Source of the DNA: Camelus ferus
Lineage: Eukaryota
Reading direction: 5' to 3'
DNA: 64,000 bases
NCBI RefSeq assembly: GCF_009834535.1
Contig: NC_045700.1
Coordinates: 29,264,001 to 29,328,000, forward strand
A program made the translations under genes and the position numbers. Numbering within the stretch: position 1 is the first letter of the stretch; each line of letters begins with the position of its first letter. The notes beneath the pieces were generated by a model. It saw only the letters and a list, made by a program, of their open reading frames with translations. It did not search any database and was not told the DNA's origin. Below, piece after piece: positions 61,776 to 64,000 of this stretch.

Positions 61776-62555
61776 TTTCATAATAATACAAAAGCGATAT
61801 TAATCTTTTTCACTCTAGTGACATTCTAGTGATGCTAGAAAAGCAGTGGTGAATAAAATTGCTGTTGCCTTGGTAGGAATCAGGGCAATGCCACCAGTAC
61901 TTATAGCATGTCAGGCACTCACAGGGAAAAATAAAAAGCAAATTTCACTTAAGAATGTCCTTGAGGAGGAATAAATGTGTGTTCATTTTATTAAATCTCT
62001 ATCTTTCTGTACACATCTTTTTAATAGTCTATGTGATGAAATGGTAAGAGGATGTAAAGCACTTCTAAGCTGCGTACAGAAATATGTTGGTTGCCCTGAG
62101 GAAAAGCATTTGTGTGACTATTTTAATTGCAAGCTGAGCTACACACTTTTCCCATGAAACACACTTTATCTTGAAAGAATGACTAACAGAAAAACTATGC
62201 TTAGTCAGAAATGAGTATTTTAAGGACTTTTTTGAAAGTAAAGTGAGCCTGTCGCTTCAAGGAAAATAGCTGATAGTATTTCTTGCCATTAATAAAATTA
62301 AAGCTTTCAAGCAAAATGAGAATTTTGAAAATCTGTAATCCCGCGCTCTGAGTTTGACTGATTCCCAATATTTGGAGATTTTTTTCAGACGAAATCAGTG
62401 ATAATATGGTTGAAGGTAATTTCTGAGATTGCAACATGAAGTGTATCAATTTGAAAAACCACATAATTCAGTAGTGAGCCAATATTTTCCAGATGCCCAA
62501 TGAATGCAGTTATGGAGTTTTTCATGGGTAAAAGATCCATCCAAAGTGTAAGACA

Positions 62556-62684
62556 GGAGGGTGGGTAGGGCACAGTGGTAGAGTGTATGCTTAGCATGTG
62601 TGCTTAGCAGCTCCTGGGTTCAATCCCATTACCTCCATTAAAAGCAAAAACAAAACAAACAAACAAACAAAAAGACAAAGGGAA
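62556..62684 (+). mobile_element. Camelid Vic-1-like SINE with 14-bp TSD
   Basis: ggagggtgggtagggcacagtggtagagtgtatgcttagcatg..cctgggttcaatcccattacctccatt(AAAC)n; TSD caaagtgtaagaca / caaagtataagata. Confidence 0.92.
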
Positions 62685-62773
62685 CAAAGTATAAGATAAA
62701 TAGATGTATTTTAATGTTATAGAGTTCAAAATATTTATTGATACGGGTTTTGATCTCTCATTACAATTAACTT

Positions 62774-62935
62774 GCTTAAAATTTATTTATTTTTTAATCT
62801 TTTTTGGGGGGGAGTGGAGGTAATTGGGTTTATTTATTTGCCTACTGATTTATTTTAACAGAGATACTGACGATTGTACTCGGGACCTCATACACGCTAA
62901 GCGTACACTCTACCAGTGAGCTATACCCTCCCCCC
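62774..62935 (-). mobile_element. Camelid Vic-1-like SINE with perfect 11-bp TSD
   Basis: ..gggacctcatacacgctaagcgtacactctaccagtgagctataccctccccc; TSD acaattaactt (62763-62773 / 62936-62946). Confidence 0.93.
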
Positions 62936-63454
62936 ACAATTAACTTTTAAGAAACTATTAATTTCGAGTTTTGGTCTAGTGTCAAAGAATAAAAGCCACA
63001 GTTATCTGGAAATACTTAAAAAATAGTCCTCCTCCTTCCAACTTTATATCTCTATGAGATCTGCTTTTTTTTATATACTTCTACCAAAACAACGTATCAT
63101 AACAGATTTAGTACAGAAGCAGATATGAGAATCCATCTGCCCTCTACTAAGCCAGGCAATATTTGCAAAAAAATGTAAAATACTGCCTCTCTTCTCACTA
63201 TTTCTGTTTTGGAAAATATAATTATTTTTCACAAAAACATAATGTTTATCTTATCATGTAATGGGTTTATTATTGTTCTTTTAAAATTAATATAATAAAT
63301 ACATATTTTAAATTTTTTGTGTTAATTTCAAAGATGGCAAATATTAATGGATGAAATCCATATAAATAAACTGCCTTTAAGGTCCTCAGTGACTGTTAAA
63401 AGTGGAAAGGTGTCCTGAAATCAAAAAAAGTTTTGAGAACTACCAATTGAAAGC

Positions 63455-63663
63455 AATGGTTTGTAAACTTGTTTTTAACATCAGAACTCTGTCCTCAAAA
63501 TAAATTTCATATAAAATTCTAACCCACAGAAAAGATAAAATCAGAGCTGCTGTGGTTAAACAGAGAAAAAGGCACCCGCCCATTCTGCCCCTCCTCTACC
63601 CCTTCCCACTCCACCCCACCCCCACCCTTTGTCCCTCTATAATCCCAGTTTGAAATTCTCTGT
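63455..63663. mobile_element. hAT-Charlie-type MITE, family uncertain
   Basis: caatggtttgtaaacttg..cagaac..agataaaatcagagctgctgtggtt..cccagtttgaaattctctg. Confidence 0.5.
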
Positions 63664-64000
63664 GCAGAAGCATCAGCTGCAACATCTCAGACCTTAAATG
63701 ATGCTAGAGTGAACTAGAGCTAAGACGAGCAATGGGGGAGCCTCAAATCAGATTATAGATGCCAATGCCTCTGCCTCCTTTTTGGTCCATCAAATGGCAA
63801 GCACTCAGGGAGATCTCTTACTTAAAAATACTAACCTTCTGGCCACTGATCTCTTAACTATGTGTGGAATTACTGGTGAACACTCCCCAAAGTGATTGAT
63901 TCACCATGAAGAGAAAGTGGCGTCTGAGTGTAGGGCATATACAGGCACATTCCTAGCATACTCTTCCCTCTGAATTGTCAGTGTGGAGTTCAGGCAATTG

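Larger units (their letters stand above)
61830..63442 (+). mobile_element. Charlie1a-like hAT transposon remnant (degenerate transposase), split by two SINEs
   Basis: ORF 61975-62157 FIKSLSFCTHLFNSLCDEMVRGCKALL resembles hAT NFIKSRPLNSRLF..LC.EM...LL; 3' end aaaggtgtcctgaaatcaaaaaaagttttgagaac. Confidence 0.88.

Noticed and set aside
61975-62464. Possible domesticated hAT transposase
   Set aside because: The frame is broken by stops and frameshifts, and the element is split by two SINEs downstream
26192-62935. tRNA-like A/B-box sequences
   Set aside because: They are SINE heads with A-rich tails and TSDs, not tRNA genes
1-64000. CRISPR arrays, operons, rRNA, NUMT or a novel multi-gene system
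   Set aside because: The window is repeat-rich mammalian non-coding DNA; I saw no regularly spaced repeats, no long intact ORFs and no organellar similarity

Overview
Mammalian nuclear DNA with no complete protein-coding gene, rRNA, tRNA or CRISPR array. It is almost certainly camelid (Camelus/Vicugna/Lama): six copies of a tRNA-derived SINE (GGGAGGGTATAGCTCAGTGGTAGAG...GGTTCAATCCCCAGTACCTCCATT) match what I recall of the camelid Vic-1 family. The window reads as a large intron or gene desert densely layered with repeats: MIR, L2, L3, L1M-class LINEs, MLT1 MaLRs, an LTR16/ERVL half-provirus, ERV1 solo LTRs and hAT elements (MER5, MER20, MER58, MER33, MER53, MER63, MER45, Charlie1). There are six short N gaps, five of them inside repeats. 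Nearly all listed ORFs are chance ORFs or TE remnants. I found no evidence of a new multi-gene system. The best leads are: one unidentified minus-strand exon candidate with coding-like codon/CpG pattern (37213-37377); a CpG-retaining, homeodomain/SOX-motif-rich putative enhancer (about 22.6-23.65 kb); a 31-nt U6 snRNA retrocopy with target-site duplication (TSD) inside an MLT1 LTR; an octamer cluster (59.3-59.5 kb); and a close inverted SINE pair. Repeat family names come from my memory of consensus sequences, not from a RepeatMasker run. Boundaries of old repeats are approximate.
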